IMG/VR virus record: IMGVR_UViG_2531839662_000038
DNA length: 45,855 bases
Source of the DNA: a virus
Taxonomy: Duplodnaviria > Heunggongvirae > Uroviricota > Caudoviricetes
Reading direction: 5' to 3' (one strand)
Made by a program: the position numbers and the translations under genes
Notes under the pieces: model-generated
Told to the model about the DNA's origin: nothing
Databases searched by the model: none
Seen by the model: only the letters and a program-made list of their open reading frames with translations
Shown here: piece after piece, positions 29,451 to 40,392 of the stretch
How the letters are laid out: each line of letters starts with the position of its first letter
Numbering within the stretch: the stretch's first letter is position 1

Positions 29451-30869
29451 ATGCCGATTCAGCAACTTCCGCTTATGAAAGGTGTCGGCAAAGACTTTAG
29501 AAACGCCGACTATATCGACTATCTGCCAGTGAATATGTTGGCTACACCCAAAGAAATCCTGAACAGCAGCGGATATCTTCGCTCATTCCCGGGCATTGCC
29601 AAACGTTCTGATGTGAACGGCGTATCGCGCGGAGTTGAGTACAACATGGCGCAGAGTGCTGTTTATCGCGTGTGTGGCGGCAAGCTGTACAAAGGAGAAA
29701 GTGAAGTCGGTGATGTTGCCGGAAGTGGTCGTGTATCAATGGCGCATGGTCGGACATCTCAGGCTGTAGGCGTTAATGGCCAACTGGTCGAGTATCGTTA
29801 TGATGGCACGGTTAAAGCAGTCTCAAACTGGCCTACAGACAGCGGATTCACGCAGTATGAGTTAGGTTCTGTTCGTGACATTACGCGCTTACGCGGGCGT
29901 TATGCGTGGTCAAAAGACGGCACTGATTCATGGTTTATCACTGACCTTGAAGACGAATCGCATCCTGACCGCTACAGCGCACAATATCGCGCAGAATCGC
30001 AGCCGGACGGTATCCTCGGCATCGGCACATGGCGAGACTTCATCGTCTGCTTTGGTTCATCGACGATTGAATATTTCTCCCTGACTGGTGCAACCACCGT
30101 TGGTGCAGCTTTGTATGTCGCACAGCCATCACTGATGGTGCAAAAAGGCATCGCCGGGACTTACTGCAAAACGCCGTTTGCTGATTCCTATGCGTTTATC
30201 AGCAATCCGGCAACAGGTGCGCCGTCTGTGTATATCATCGGCTCCGGTCAGGTATCACCAATCGCCAGCGCGAGCATTGAGAAAATACTACGCTCCTACA
30301 CTGCTGATGAACTGGCTGATGGCGTGATGGAGTCTCTGCGATTTGATGCGCATGAGCTGCTGATTATCCATCTTCCGCGCCATGTCCTCGTATACGACGC
30401 ATCTTCAAGCGCCAATGGTCCGCAATGGTGTGTGCTGAAAACTGGCTTGTATGACGATGTGTACCGCGCTATCGACTTCATTTACGAAGGCAATCAGATA
30501 ACGTGCGGAGATAAGCTGGAGTTCGTGACCGGGAAATTGCAGTTCGATATCAGCAGCCAGTACGACAAGCAACAGGAACACCTGCTGTTTACTCCGTTGT
30601 TCAAAGCAGATAACGCCAGAGTTTTCGACCTTGAAGTTGAATCTTCAACTGGCGTTGCGCAGTACGCTGACCGCCTGTTCCTATCGGCAACCACTGACGG
30701 CATCAATTACGGACGTGAGCAGATGATTGAGCAGAATGAACCGTTCGTTTACGACAAACGCGTTTTGTGGAAGCGAGTAGGGCGCATCAGGAAAAATGTT
30801 GGCTTCAAATTGCGCGTTATCACGAAGTCTCCTGTCACTCTGTCTGGCGCTCAGATAAGGATTGAGTAA
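29451..30869 (+). CDS. Tail hub / DNA stabilisation protein (P22 gene 10 type)
   Basis: 472-aa [52 protein letters not shown]... close to P22 gp10. Confidence 0.9.
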   Translation: MPIQQLPLMKGVGKDFRNADYIDYLPVNMLATPKEILNSSGYLRSFPGIAKRSDVNGVSRGVEYNMAQSAVYRVCGGKLYKGESEVGDVAGSGRVSMAHGRTSQAVGVNGQLVEYRYDGTVKAVSNWPTDSGFTQYELGSVRDITRLRGRYAWSKDGTDSWFITDLEDESHPDRYSAQYRAESQPDGILGIGTWRDFIVCFGSSTIEYFSLTGATTVGAALYVAQPSLMVQKGIAGTYCKTPFADSYAFISNPATGAPSVYIIGSGQVSPIASASIEKILRSYTADELADGVMESLRFDAHELLIIHLPRHVLVYDASSSANGPQWCVLKTGLYDDVYRAIDFIYEGNQITCGDKLEFVTGKLQFDISSQYDKQQEHLLFTPLFKADNARVFDLEVESSTGVAQYADRLFLSATTDGINYGREQMIEQNEPFVYDKRVLWKRVGRIRKNVGFKLRVITKSPVTLSGAQIRIE

Positions 30870-31570
30870 TGGCGGATTCGAATCTCAATGTGCCGGTAAT
30901 CATCCAAGCTACGCGGCTCGATACATCAATCCTTCCACGCAATATATTCAGCCAGTCTTACCTGCTGTATGTCATAAATCAGGGTGCTGATGTTGGCGCA
31001 ATTGCCGGGAAGGCAAATCAGGCTGGTCAGGGCGCTTACGATGCTCAGGTAAAAAACGATGAACAGGACGTCGAACTGGCAGATCACGACGCAAGAATCA
31101 CCGCAAACACAAAAGCGATAAATCTCCTTGAGGTCAGGTTAACAACCGCCGAAGGGAAGATAGTCGTACTGCGTAGCGATGTTGATTACTTGCTGGATGA
31201 GGTTATCGATATTCAGGCGCATCTGGTCACTGTTGACCAAAGACTGGATGGCGTAGAAAGCGATGTATCTGACATTAAGAGTGATTACGTATCGAAAACC
31301 GTAACCGAATCGCAGTCTCTTGCGTCACCGCTGGATGTAAAAACATCATATTCAGTTGATGGAATTCAGGTTGTTGGAGCAAGAAATACCGGATGGACTG
31401 CAGCCACAGGTACGCCACTTCTTGGCTCATTCAACGCTAACCAGTCATACACTGTCGGCACTACGTACACGCAATCCGAAGTCGCAGCTCTCGCTACAGG
31501 TTTGCAGCAGGCGCGGCAGCGTATTCTGGCGCTTGAAACAGCACTTAGATTACATGGGCTGATTGACTGA
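30869..31570 (+). CDS. Tail needle (P22 gene 26 type)
   Basis: 233-aa ORF; N-terminal [25 protein letters not shown] and C-terminal [21 protein letters not shown] match P22 gp26. Confidence 0.9.
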   Translation: MADSNLNVPVIIQATRLDTSILPRNIFSQSYLLYVINQGADVGAIAGKANQAGQGAYDAQVKNDEQDVELADHDARITANTKAINLLEVRLTTAEGKIVVLRSDVDYLLDEVIDIQAHLVTVDQRLDGVESDVSDIKSDYVSKTVTESQSLASPLDVKTSYSVDGIQVVGARNTGWTAATGTPLLGSFNANQSYTVGTTYTQSEVAALATGLQQARQRILALETALRLHGLID

Positions 31571-32025
31571 TGATTACATTCAAACCAACGCGAAACATCG
31601 ACCTGATCGAAGCAGTCGGAAATCACCCTGACATTATTGCCGGAAGCAACAACGGTGATGGATACGACTACAAGCCTGAATGCCGTTACTTTGAGGTTAA
31701 CGTGCACGGTCAGTTCGGCGGCATTGTTTACTATCAGGAGATTCAGCCGCTTACATTCGATTGCCACGCCATGTACCTGCCAGAGATTCGCGGCTTCAGC
31801 AAGGAAATCGGGATGGCGTTCTGGCGATACATTCTGACTAACACCACCGTTCAGTGCGTCACATCGTTCGCCGCACGCAAATTCCGCCACGGGCAGATTT
31901 ACTGCGCAATGATTGGCCTTAAGCGTGTCGGAACCATCAAGAAATACTTTAAAGGCGTGGATGACGTGACTTTTTACAGCGCCACACGCGAAGAACTAAT
32001 CGACTTCCTGAATCACGGGAGATAG
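31570..32025 (+). CDS. Virion protein (P22 gene 14 type)
   Basis: 151-aa ORF in conserved position after the needle gene. Confidence 0.7.
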   Translation: MITFKPTRNIDLIEAVGNHPDIIAGSNNGDGYDYKPECRYFEVNVHGQFGGIVYYQEIQPLTFDCHAMYLPEIRGFSKEIGMAFWRYILTNTTVQCVTSFAARKFRHGQIYCAMIGLKRVGTIKKYFKGVDDVTFYSATREELIDFLNHGR

Positions 32026-32027
32026 CC

Positions 32028-32720
32028 ATGTTATATGCATTTAAGCTGGGCAGAAAACTGCGCGGCGAGGAACCTTGGCGCCCTGAAAAAGGCGGGAAAG
32101 GTGGTAGCTCTGATAAAAGCGCAAAGTATGCAGCAGAAGCCCAGAAGTATGCCGCAGACCTGCAAAATCAGCAGTGGCAGACGATCATGAAAAACCTTGC
32201 TCCGTTCACGCCTCTTGCGGAGCAGTATGTTAACCAGCTTCAGAACCTTTCCAGTTTAGAAGGTCAGGGGCAGGCACTTAATCAGTATCGCAACTCTCAG
32301 CAGTATAAAGACCTTGCAGGTCAGGCTCGTTACCAGAGTCTTGCTGCTGCGGAGGCGACGGGTGGACTTGGTTCGACAGCCACAAGCAATCAACTGGCTA
32401 CGATCGCGCCGACACTCGGTCAGTCTTGGTTATCAAATCAGATGAGCAATTACAACAATCTGGCAAACGTTGGGCTTGGTGCGCTGCAAGGTCAGGCAAA
32501 CGCCGGGCAGACATACGCCAACAACATGAGCAGCATTGCACAGCAAAGCGCAGCTCTTGCCGCTGCTAATGCCAACAAACCATCAAGTCTTCAGACAGCA
32601 ATTAGTGGCGGAACGTCTGGTGCGATTGCCGGTGCAGGTCTTGCCAGCCTTTTGGGAACATCAACACCTTGGGGCGCTGGCATTGGTGCTGGTATCGGAT
32701 TGCTTGGCTCGTTGTTTTAA
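32028..32720 (+). CDS. Ejection protein (P22 gene 7 type)
   Basis: 230-aa ORF; position; Gly/Ala-rich C-terminus. Confidence 0.75.
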   Translation: MLYAFKLGRKLRGEEPWRPEKGGKGGSSDKSAKYAAEAQKYAADLQNQQWQTIMKNLAPFTPLAEQYVNQLQNLSSLEGQGQALNQYRNSQQYKDLAGQARYQSLAAAEATGGLGSTATSNQLATIAPTLGQSWLSNQMSNYNNLANVGLGALQGQANAGQTYANNMSSIAQQSAALAAANANKPSSLQTAISGGTSGAIAGAGLASLLGTSTPWGAGIGAGIGLLGSLF

Positions 32721-32729
32721 GGGGTAATC

Positions 32730-34196
32730 ATGGCTACTTGGCAAGGATCAAATGGCGGATTATTGGCTGGTATCGGCGGCGTCAACTCAAACGCTCCGAA
32801 CGTAAATGACATCGGCAATACGCTTCAGTTTATCAGGCAGAACAATGATATTGAGCGTTCAGGCGCTAACAATGTTGGGCTGACTGCTTTGCAAGGCCTT
32901 TCAGGTATTGCGGGGGTGTTTCAGCAGGAAAAGCAGGCTCAGCGGCAGAAAGAATTTCAGCAGGCATACGCTAATGCTTATGCGTCTGGTGATCGCGGTG
33001 CTTTGCGTCAGTTGGCTACTCAATATCCAGACCAGATTGAATCCGTTCGTAAAGGCATGGGATTCATTGATGAAGACCAACGCAATTCTATCGGCACCTT
33101 AGCGGCTGGCGCACGCCTTGCGGCCTCGTCTCCAGAAGCAATGCAATCATGGCTGCAAAACAACGCCAATGAGCTGGCGCGCGTCGGTGTTGACCCTAAT
33201 AACGTTGCTCAGATGTATCAGCAGAATCCTTCAGGATTTGGTGAGTTTGTTGATCACCTTGGGATGGCTGCTCTCGGTCCGATTGACTACTTCAATGTTC
33301 AGGACAAGATGGCTGGTCGTGAGATTGACCGAGGCAGGCTGGCAGAGACAATCCGCAGCAATCAGGCCGGAGAAGCACTTCAGGCGAGAGGGCAGGATAT
33401 TAGCCGAGCAAATGCGTTAACGTCAGCATATGCACCAACAGCCGCAATGCAGAATTACAATCAGTACGCGCAAATGTTAAAGGCAGATCCAGATGGTGCA
33501 GCGGCATTTGCGGCAGCGGCGGGAATTAATCCCAATGCTAAGAAATTACTTAAGGTTGAAACCAATCCTGATGGATCGGTAACTAAGTATTACACCGATG
33601 GCAGCGAGGAAGCCGGAAAACTAAACCAACCTATATCTGGTGATGGCATTAAACCAATTAGCTTGCCACAAGCGCAAAGCATCATAGATAAGGCTAATGA
33701 GGGTTCCAAGAAGGCGGCAGGATTTGCTTTGCGATTAAAAGATTCAATGGACTCAATGAATCAGCTTAGTAAAAGCATTGACCCTAAGCGAGTTGCATTA
33801 ATAAATCGCTCTCTTGGTGATGGGACTATTGCAAATTTAAGCCTATCACCAGCGGAGCAGCAATATATGGTAAATGCGAGAGACGCCTTGTATGCAATTT
33901 TGCGCCCAGAAACAGGTGCAGCAATTACTCTGCCAGAGATGCAGGAGTATTCCAAAATGTACCTGCCTCAGCCCGGTGATTCCAAGGCTGCTACTGAAAC
34001 AAAAATGCGAAAAATGCAGGGCCAATATAACTCATTACGTGGTCAGTCTGGTCGCGTTTATGATGCTTTGGTGGTTTCAAGTGCTGCAAATAGTCAACAA
34101 CAGAGCAATAGCCAACAACCGACAAATACCCAACAGCAGCAGAGTCAATCCGGATCATATACCTCAAAATCAGGCATTCAATTTACGGTGGAATGA
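32730..34196 (+). CDS. Ejection protein (P22 gene 20 type)
   Basis: 488-aa ORF; position. Confidence 0.75.
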   Translation: MATWQGSNGGLLAGIGGVNSNAPNVNDIGNTLQFIRQNNDIERSGANNVGLTALQGLSGIAGVFQQEKQAQRQKEFQQAYANAYASGDRGALRQLATQYPDQIESVRKGMGFIDEDQRNSIGTLAAGARLAASSPEAMQSWLQNNANELARVGVDPNNVAQMYQQNPSGFGEFVDHLGMAALGPIDYFNVQDKMAGREIDRGRLAETIRSNQAGEALQARGQDISRANALTSAYAPTAAMQNYNQYAQMLKADPDGAAAFAAAAGINPNAKKLLKVETNPDGSVTKYYTDGSEEAGKLNQPISGDGIKPISLPQAQSIIDKANEGSKKAAGFALRLKDSMDSMNQLSKSIDPKRVALINRSLGDGTIANLSLSPAEQQYMVNARDALYAILRPETGAAITLPEMQEYSKMYLPQPGDSKAATETKMRKMQGQYNSLRGQSGRVYDALVVSSAANSQQQSNSQQPTNTQQQQSQSGSYTSKSGIQFTVE

Positions 34197-36319
34197 TGAA
34201 AGTAACTGCAAACGGTAAGACATTTACCTTCCCTGATGGTACGAGCACGGAAGATATTGGCACCGCCATTGATGAGTATTTTGCTGGTCAGGCTGTTCAG
34301 CAACAAACAGTTAATCAGGCCAATAATGCACCAACACGGGAAGAACCATCATTAATGCAACAAGCTGGCGATTGGCTCACTGGTGGTCAAAGTGCAGGGC
34401 AAATTGCAGAACAGGCTGGTCGTGGTCTGGTAAACATACCATTTGACGTATTGCAGGGTGGCGCAAGTCTGATTAATGCAATCAGTCAGGGGCTTGGTGG
34501 GCCAAAAGTATTGGATGATGTCTATCGTCCAGTCGATCGACCGACAGACCCTTATGCGCAAGCTGGAGAAACAATTGGCGGGTATCTCCTGCCAATTGGC
34601 ACAGCGGCAAAAGTTGCTGGAGCGCCAGCAAAGCTCGCAGGAGACATCGGTTCCGCAGGAAACATGATTGCAGGTTCTCTTGCTGATGCTGCAAATCAGG
34701 AGGGTGATTTTGCACAAAATGCTGCCATTAACGGTGGTATCAATATTGGTGCTCAAGGCGTTCTTTCAGGTGTCGGGCGCGTTATTGCGCCAAGGGTTTC
34801 ACAGGCTCTTGGTGGTGCAGCACTGAATTCTGCTAATGAAGTTTCTAGGATGGCAAAGTCAGGTGCTGGGCGTCAGTCAATTGCCAGTCAGGCCGCTAAT
34901 GTGTCCGAAGATGTAGCAAAAGCGGCTGAGTCTGCTGGAATTGATATAAACGCATTAACACCAGGAATGCGATCTGGAAGTCGTGGAATTGCACAAGCCG
35001 AAGGCGCATTGGCATCAACACCTGGAATTGTTCAGGACGCCCATCAGGCAGCATTTAACGAAATATCATCAAAGTTAAGTCGAAACCTTGATGAATTTGG
35101 GGCCACATCTGGAACGGCATCAGAAAAAAGTGCGGCTATAAAACAAAGGATTCTTCAAAATCTTGATCAGATGAAGGATGCCGAGCGCGCGGCATGGGAT
35201 GACGTGCGGTCAACAATGCCAAATCAAAAAGCAAGAATGCTAAATGGTAATGCCGTTATTCAGGCAGAGCGATCTGCTGGCATACCGCTTACTCCTGAAA
35301 TGAAACAGTTTGTTCAGGCAAACAATCAAGGTGGAGTAACATTTGATGGCATGAAAGCATGGAGAGCGAAATTTGCTGATGCGGAGCAAAAATATAAGCG
35401 TAGCGGAGAGGCAAATGCGGCAAGGAGAGCAGGGGAAATACGCCGGGCAATTACTGATGATATGCGCACAATGGCGGAAAACGGCGGATTTCTTGATGAC
35501 TGGCAGAAAGCTAATGATCTGTCTAAAGCGAGGTTATCAGCACAAGAGAGTGCAGAGTCTGTTTTCGGGCGTGATTTGGCAACAGATGCACTGATTACGA
35601 ATGGAGTAAAATCCCTTCAATCATCGTCAGCTAAAGGTCTTAATGGTCCTGCTGGATTCCATTCTATGATCCGCGCGCTGCCAGAATCAGAGCGTGTTCC
35701 TGCTATATCATCAATGTTGCAAGATGCTATCTCGCATGGTGTACGTGGTGGCAAAGCTGATGCAGCAGGAATTAACCATATCGCAGAGATACTGACTCCA
35801 CAAAATGTAAAAGCCATTAGCCGATATTCCTCAGAGCTTGGAAGAATTGCTGATGCATATGGCACTCTTGCAAGAGCAGCAGTGAAACCTCAGCAGTATA
35901 TTGAAAGAACAGGTAGAACTGCCAATGTACTACGCGATCTGGATGCTGGTTTATCCAACGTCACATCAACAGTGTTAAATGCAATTGCCAATTCAACATC
36001 AGGTGCCATTGTTGGTGGCGCTGGAGGAGGCATTGCAGGCGCTGCCGCAGGTGCTTTAGTTGGCGCTGGGTTAAAAGGCGCTGTATCTAAAATTGCCACC
36101 ACACGTAGTGGTCGGTATGCGATAGAGAAAGCGGTTCAGGAAGCAACTAAAGCAGTAAGAGCAGGCGGAAGCAAAGAAGCATTAGCGGCGGCGGAACGCA
36201 GATTTATGGCAAATAAGGCCGCCGTAAAAGCAATACGCGAGGCACTAGGAAACGAAGAGTTCCAGCGTTTAGCAAGGGCTGGAATTGTGGCATCGCTAAG
36301 CGGAATGGCACAGGAGTAA
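34193..36319 (+). CDS. Ejection protein (P22 gene 16 type)
   Basis: 708-aa ORF; position; Gly/Ala-rich repeats. Confidence 0.75.
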   Translation: MMKVTANGKTFTFPDGTSTEDIGTAIDEYFAGQAVQQQTVNQANNAPTREEPSLMQQAGDWLTGGQSAGQIAEQAGRGLVNIPFDVLQGGASLINAISQGLGGPKVLDDVYRPVDRPTDPYAQAGETIGGYLLPIGTAAKVAGAPAKLAGDIGSAGNMIAGSLADAANQEGDFAQNAAINGGINIGAQGVLSGVGRVIAPRVSQALGGAALNSANEVSRMAKSGAGRQSIASQAANVSEDVAKAAESAGIDINALTPGMRSGSRGIAQAEGALASTPGIVQDAHQAAFNEISSKLSRNLDEFGATSGTASEKSAAIKQRILQNLDQMKDAERAAWDDVRSTMPNQKARMLNGNAVIQAERSAGIPLTPEMKQFVQANNQGGVTFDGMKAWRAKFADAEQKYKRSGEANAARRAGEIRRAITDDMRTMAENGGFLDDWQKANDLSKARLSAQESAESVFGRDLATDALITNGVKSLQSSSAKGLNGPAGFHSMIRALPESERVPAISSMLQDAISHGVRGGKADAAGINHIAEILTPQNVKAISRYSSELGRIADAYGTLARAAVKPQQYIERTGRTANVLRDLDAGLSNVTSTVLNAIANSTSGAIVGGAGGGIAGAAAGALVGAGLKGAVSKIATTRSGRYAIEKAVQEATKAVRAGGSKEALAAAERRFMANKAAVKAIREALGNEEFQRLARAGIVASLSGMAQE

Positions 36320-36649
36320 TTAGTCATCCATGGATGGATTGAGCTTATCTCGTGTTGATGTGGCAATTTTACCAACATTTTTCAACCAAGATTTTAAGAA
36401 GGATATGTCGTCCTTAATATCATGAATATCCTCATTCTTTATACGATCAACCTTATCCTCTAGGCTCTCTATAGAACGCTCAATGCTAGACAGAGAGATT
36501 TTTAAGTCTCCTTGCTCACGTTCCAGTGAGGATTTGAGAGCACAATATTCGTTTTCTAGAATTCCTATTTTTTTTGTTAGAGAGTGCATTCGATACTCAT
36601 ACACCAAACTAGAAACGACTAATGCAGCCAACAGAAACCATTCAAGCAC
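36320..36649 (-). CDS. Unrecognised membrane protein with N-terminal TM helix and coiled coil (immI-region moron)
   Basis: 109-aa ORF; hydrophobic N-terminus WFLLAALVVSSLVY then heptad-rich region; convergent with gene 16. Confidence 0.5.
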   Translation of the reverse strand: MLEWFLLAALVVSSLVYEYRMHSLTKKIGILENEYCALKSSLEREQGDLKISLSSIERSIESLEDKVDRIKNEDIHDIKDDISFLKSWLKNVGKIATSTRDKLNPSMDD

Positions 36650-37017
36650 ACCAACCTCCTTAGTTTTGCGCAGGATACCAGATGATACTTTATTGGTGGA
36701 GTGGTGTGTGAAAACGTGTCAACGACAAACCATCCACAACTTGGGCGAATGATTTAGCAAAAAGTGCTATTTTTGGTGTTTGGTGTCATAGAAAAGTGAA
36801 TAGCTCACTTTTCAACATTGCATGAAACTTGCAGGAAATGTGACATTACCTTATAGGTAACTTCGGCGAAAATGCAGTAAATGTGAAATGTAATGATTTA
36901 AACGTGTCGATAAAGTGGTTGTAAGTTAGCCTCTGAAGGATTGATGACAGCTTTGTTATGGTATTAAATGCAACTTGACACAGTTGTATACATAGCTGCG
37001 GCTATCAAGATGGAGGT

Positions 37018-37467
37018 ATGTTTATGCTCACTTGTTTTGATGTCGCCGACTACTTCTTGGCGCATTGCGATGAAGAAAGTGGCGACATTATCTCTAACCT
37101 AAAAATTCAGAAGTTGACGTATTATGCCCAAGGGTTTTCTCTGGTTCTTCTGGGTAAGCCGCTATTTAATGAGAAAATTGAAGCCTGGATGCATGGGCCA
37201 GTAGTTCCTGAATTGTATCGTAAATATAGGGACTGTGGTAACGGAGCTTTACCTGCGCCAGAAAACTTTGACGCTAAAAAATTCAGTGAAGATGAAATTG
37301 AATTGCTGGATGAGGTGTATAAAGTTTATGGTCAGTTTTCTGCCTGGAAACTGCGCAATATGACTCACGAAGAGCAGCCATGGAAAGATGCTTACATTGA
37401 GGGTGCGGTTAGCCAAGAAATCACACTTGATTCTATGAAAGGTTTTTTCAAAACGTTAATTAACTGA
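37018..37467 (+). CDS. Panacea-domain (DUF4065, SocA/GepA-like) protein, PanA-antitoxin-like
   Basis: 149-aa ORF; motif KIQKLTYYAQGFSLVLLGKPLFNEKIEAWMHGPVVPELY typical of DUF4065. Confidence 0.65.
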   Translation: MFMLTCFDVADYFLAHCDEESGDIISNLKIQKLTYYAQGFSLVLLGKPLFNEKIEAWMHGPVVPELYRKYRDCGNGALPAPENFDAKKFSEDEIELLDEVYKVYGQFSAWKLRNMTHEEQPWKDAYIEGAVSQEITLDSMKGFFKTLIN

Positions 37468-37472
37468 CGTGT

Positions 37473-37895
37473 ATGTCTAGAGTTAAGGGAAGAATAAAAC
37501 AGAGGGATAAAGAGAGCTCTGCTACTGTTGGCCTCTCTATCCATCACGAATCTCATGATGTAGACAAAAGTCCGCCTGTATTTTCTCTTAGATACCTACA
37601 AAAGGGGTATTGCCTAGATTGCTGCCAAAAGCATGAAAAGGCAGCATTTGCAGATAGGCTGTTCAGGTTAAGTCGGATGTCATGGGATGAGATACGAAAA
37701 TCTGATAAACACGGGCTTGGGACGGAAAAAATTGCCAGAAACGCGATAAAAGCTCCGATTCCTAAGCATGTTACTCAAGATGTGGATTTCATTGCGTTCA
37801 GATTTTGCTCTAAGGCACCTATGGTTGGTTATAAGATAGGAGCCACTTTTTATGTCTTATGGCTCGACAGGGAGTTCAAGCTATACAAGCACTAA
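37473..37895 (+). CDS. Unrecognised protein, operon partner of the Panacea-domain gene (candidate toxin/effector)
   Basis: 140-aa ORF 5 nt after the upstream stop; basic; no family recognised; followed by a strong terminator. Confidence 0.5.
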   Translation: MSRVKGRIKQRDKESSATVGLSIHHESHDVDKSPPVFSLRYLQKGYCLDCCQKHEKAAFADRLFRLSRMSWDEIRKSDKHGLGTEKIARNAIKAPIPKHVTQDVDFIAFRFCSKAPMVGYKIGATFYVLWLDREFKLYKH

Positions 37896-37896
37896 T

Positions 37897-37924
37897 AAAA
37901 CCCACCGTCAGGTGGGTTTTTTTG
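37897..37924 (+). terminator. Intrinsic terminator after the Panacea operon
   Basis: AAACCCACC-GTCA-GGTGGGTTTTTTTGTT. Confidence 0.75.
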
Positions 37925-37939
37925 TTGGAGATAAAATGG

Positions 37940-38143
37940 TTAACCAAATCGATCCTTAAAGCGTCTATCGCTGTTGCGTCTCTCCATTTTACTGTTGCAG
38001 TACGGACAAAGATGCTGTTTCTTTCCATCGATAGTCCATGTGAAGTACTTTTTCTTAAATCCAGCACCACAGATATCGCAACTTCTTGGTTTAAACATAC
38101 TGGCTATGAAGATAAGAACAACAAATCCTATGATCCATTCCAT
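37940..38143 (-). CDS. Small membrane protein with zinc-ribbon (CxxC...CxxC)
   Basis: 67-aa ORF; TM helix WIIGFVVLIFIASMF; CDICG...CPYC. Confidence 0.4.
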   Translation of the reverse strand: MEWIIGFVVLIFIASMFKPRSCDICGAGFKKKYFTWTIDGKKQHLCPYCNSKMERRNSDRRFKDRFG

Positions 38144-38479
38144 ATCATGTACCTGTTTTAACTTTATTTTTTGATTTTTAGGGATTAATCAGAAACTTTA
38201 TCTTGCGATTAAGCAAAGCTACTAGCTAACAAAAGAGTGCGTATACAATCAATCGTTTCACATCAACCTCAACAAGGAGAAATCATGACCATAGAAGAAC
38301 GCCTGAACAACATTGAGTTGAACCAAACCCTGCTTGACCAGCGACTTTCAGATCTTGAGCTTAAAGATCTGGATGCGCAAATATCAGAAGCAGAAGCCAA
38401 GCTCTCCAGCTTAAACCACCGCAAGAAGCAAATCCGCAACAGAATTACTCAGGGACGCGGAAGCCGTTGAAATCATAGT

Positions 38480-38797
38480 CTATTTTTTCTCAGAGCTCAT
38501 ATTGTAATAGGTGGTATAAATAGAGATTGATTTCTGACATGCTTCAAGAAATTGCTGCGGAGTCATCCCGAGCCTTGCTTGCTCTGTAGTAAGGAATCTC
38601 TGTAAGAATTCATTCCCACCTGGCATGTTTGTAGATTCTTGGAATATTGCCATTTGTTTGATTGCACCACACATACCAGCCATTTTAGAAGCTATCATGA
38701 GGCCTTGTATTTCATCAAAACTGCTATCGTCTGATTTTGTTTCTGCGTTAGCTATGCTCGAGAGACACAGGAGCAATAGGATAGCGATACGTTTCAT
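38480..38797 (-). CDS. Small secreted/periplasmic protein with signal peptide
   Basis: 105-aa ORF; signal peptide MKRIAILLLLCLSSIANA; start overlaps mnt stop (ATGA). Confidence 0.5.
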   Translation of the reverse strand: MKRIAILLLLCLSSIANAETKSDDSSFDEIQGLMIASKMAGMCGAIKQMAIFQESTNMPGGNEFLQRFLTTEQARLGMTPQQFLEACQKSISIYTTYYNMSSEKK

Positions 38798-39045
38798 TTT
38801 TCACCATTGCCATGCATACATTTTAACTTCTCAACATCATGCTCAAGCTCTATCAGTCGCGATGCTATAGTTGCAAGATCTAGTGCTTGAATGTGTTTGT
38901 TTTTTTCGGTCCATGCTTCAAGTGCTGCGACCATCTCAGCATTTAATGAACGAGAATTAGCCTCAGCCAGTTCAATAAGACGTTCCTTTATCTCTACAGG
39001 AAGCCTCAGATTCACTTGAGGGTTTTTGTACTTACGATCAGACAT
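38794..39045 (-). CDS. mnt: Mnt-like ribbon-helix-helix repressor
   Basis: 83 aa; NLRLPVEIKERLIELAEANSRSLNAEMV aligns with remembered P22 Mnt NFRMPMEVREKLKFRAEANGRSMNSELL. Confidence 0.7.
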   Translation of the reverse strand: MSDRKYKNPQVNLRLPVEIKERLIELAEANSRSLNAEMVAALEAWTEKNKHIQALDLATIASRLIELEHDVEKLKCMHGNGEK

Positions 39046-39148
39046 CGGCGCATCCTGAATAATTTTTTACCACAGGATATGTAGGTATCTATTGACTATC
39101 AATGCGTACCTAAATACTATGTATGCGTACCACATACAAAGGAGCAAA
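39046..39148. promoter_or_regulatory. Divergent mnt/arc-ant promoter-operator region
   Basis: Inverted TAGGTA/TACCTA and repeated GCGTACC motifs between divergent RHH repressor genes. Confidence 0.4.
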
Positions 39149-39295
39149 AATGAAAGTTAAGACATTAAGGATGCCAGAATGGCTGGAAAAGGCTTTGGAG
39201 CAGTCCGCGAAAAAGGATGATCGGTCGTTCAGTAATGAGGTATTGAGGAGACTAAAGGAGTCAGTAGCTAAGGATGGAATTGTTTGTCCAGAATG
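39149..39295 (+). CDS. arc: Arc-like ribbon-helix-helix repressor
   Basis: 48-aa ORF below the ORF-track cut-off (MKVKTLRMPEWLEKALEQSAKKDDRSFSNEVLRRLKESV...), RHH pattern; position between mnt and ant. Confidence 0.65.
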
Positions 39296-39362
39296 AGTAA
39301 AGCCCAAGCTATTGCGAGTAGCTCGGGCTTAAATCGCCAGTAAATTTTGAGGAAAAACTGAC

Positions 39363-40292
39363 ATGAAAAGTATAGCAACAGCAGTATCTACTATCAACGT
39401 GCCATTCCACGGCGCAGAGCTTTATGTCGTCAATCACAACGGTGAGCCGTACACCCCAATGAAACCTATCGTTGAAGGTATGGGTATGGATTGGGCTTCA
39501 CAGTTTACGAAAATAAAGCAACGGTTTAAAACCTCCATTGTGAAAATCACAATGCAGCTTCCTGGTGATGAACAGTGCCGTGAGATTATTTGTTTGGCAC
39601 TTCGCAAACTTGCTGGCTGGCTGCAAACCATCAGCCCTAACAAAGTCCGCACTGAAATCCGCGACAAGGTAATCCAGTATCAGGAAGAGTGTGACGATGT
39701 GCTCTACGAATACTGGACTAAAGGCCATGTAGTTAACCCGCGCAAAGCTAAAAAGGCGTTGCCGGGTAAAATCACCACTGAACAGCAGGAAGCCATTAAA
39801 CAACTCGTCATGAGTCGCGGTCAGTCTCTGCCAAAGGAAAAACAGGCGAAGGCAATGATTACCATGTGGTCGTCACTGAAATCTCATTTTGGGTGTTCAT
39901 ACAAAGAAATCAGCGATGAGCAGTTTACCGAAGCTCTGTCACTTGCAGCTCGCGTTCCGCTTGAAGGCGAGTTAATCGGCAAACAAGAGAAGAAAGCAAA
40001 CGAGCTTTCTGCAAAAGAAGCAAACAGCCTTGTATGGTTATGGGATTATGCCAACCGCTCACAGGCATTATTCCGCGAACTGTATCCGGCGCTAAAACAA
40101 ATTCAATCGAACTATTCAGGCAGATGCTACGACTACGGTCATGAGTTCTCGTATGTTATCGGAATGGCGAGAGACGTTTTAATCAATCACACACGAGATG
40201 TTGATATTAATGAGCCAGACGGACCAACGAATCTTTCCGCATGGATGAGACTTAAGAATAAAGAATTACCTCCTTCAGTACATAACTACTGA
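39363..40292 (+). CDS. ant: Antirepressor Ant
   Basis: 309-aa ORF directly after arc with GAGG Shine-Dalgarno; position as P22 ant. Confidence 0.65.
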   Translation: MKSIATAVSTINVPFHGAELYVVNHNGEPYTPMKPIVEGMGMDWASQFTKIKQRFKTSIVKITMQLPGDEQCREIICLALRKLAGWLQTISPNKVRTEIRDKVIQYQEECDDVLYEYWTKGHVVNPRKAKKALPGKITTEQQEAIKQLVMSRGQSLPKEKQAKAMITMWSSLKSHFGCSYKEISDEQFTEALSLAARVPLEGELIGKQEKKANELSAKEANSLVWLWDYANRSQALFRELYPALKQIQSNYSGRCYDYGHEFSYVIGMARDVLINHTRDVDINEPDGPTNLSAWMRLKNKELPPSVHNY

Positions 40293-40309
40293 CAGATAAC
40301 CAACGCAAC

Positions 40310-40336
40310 GACCCAGCTTCGGCTGGGTTTTTTTAT
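40310..40336 (+). terminator. Intrinsic terminator after ant
   Basis: ACCCAGC-TTCG-GCTGGGTTTTTTT. Confidence 0.75.
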
Positions 40337-40392
40337 GCCCAAAATTCACCGTGGCCACGCTGCGGCGATTCATTGTATCTGGAGCAAATTAA

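Noticed and set aside
38237-38470. 77-aa plus-strand coiled-coil ORF between the zinc-ribbon gene and the secreted-protein gene
   Set aside because: Weak start context, low-complexity Q/L-rich translation; could be real, but evidence is insufficient to call
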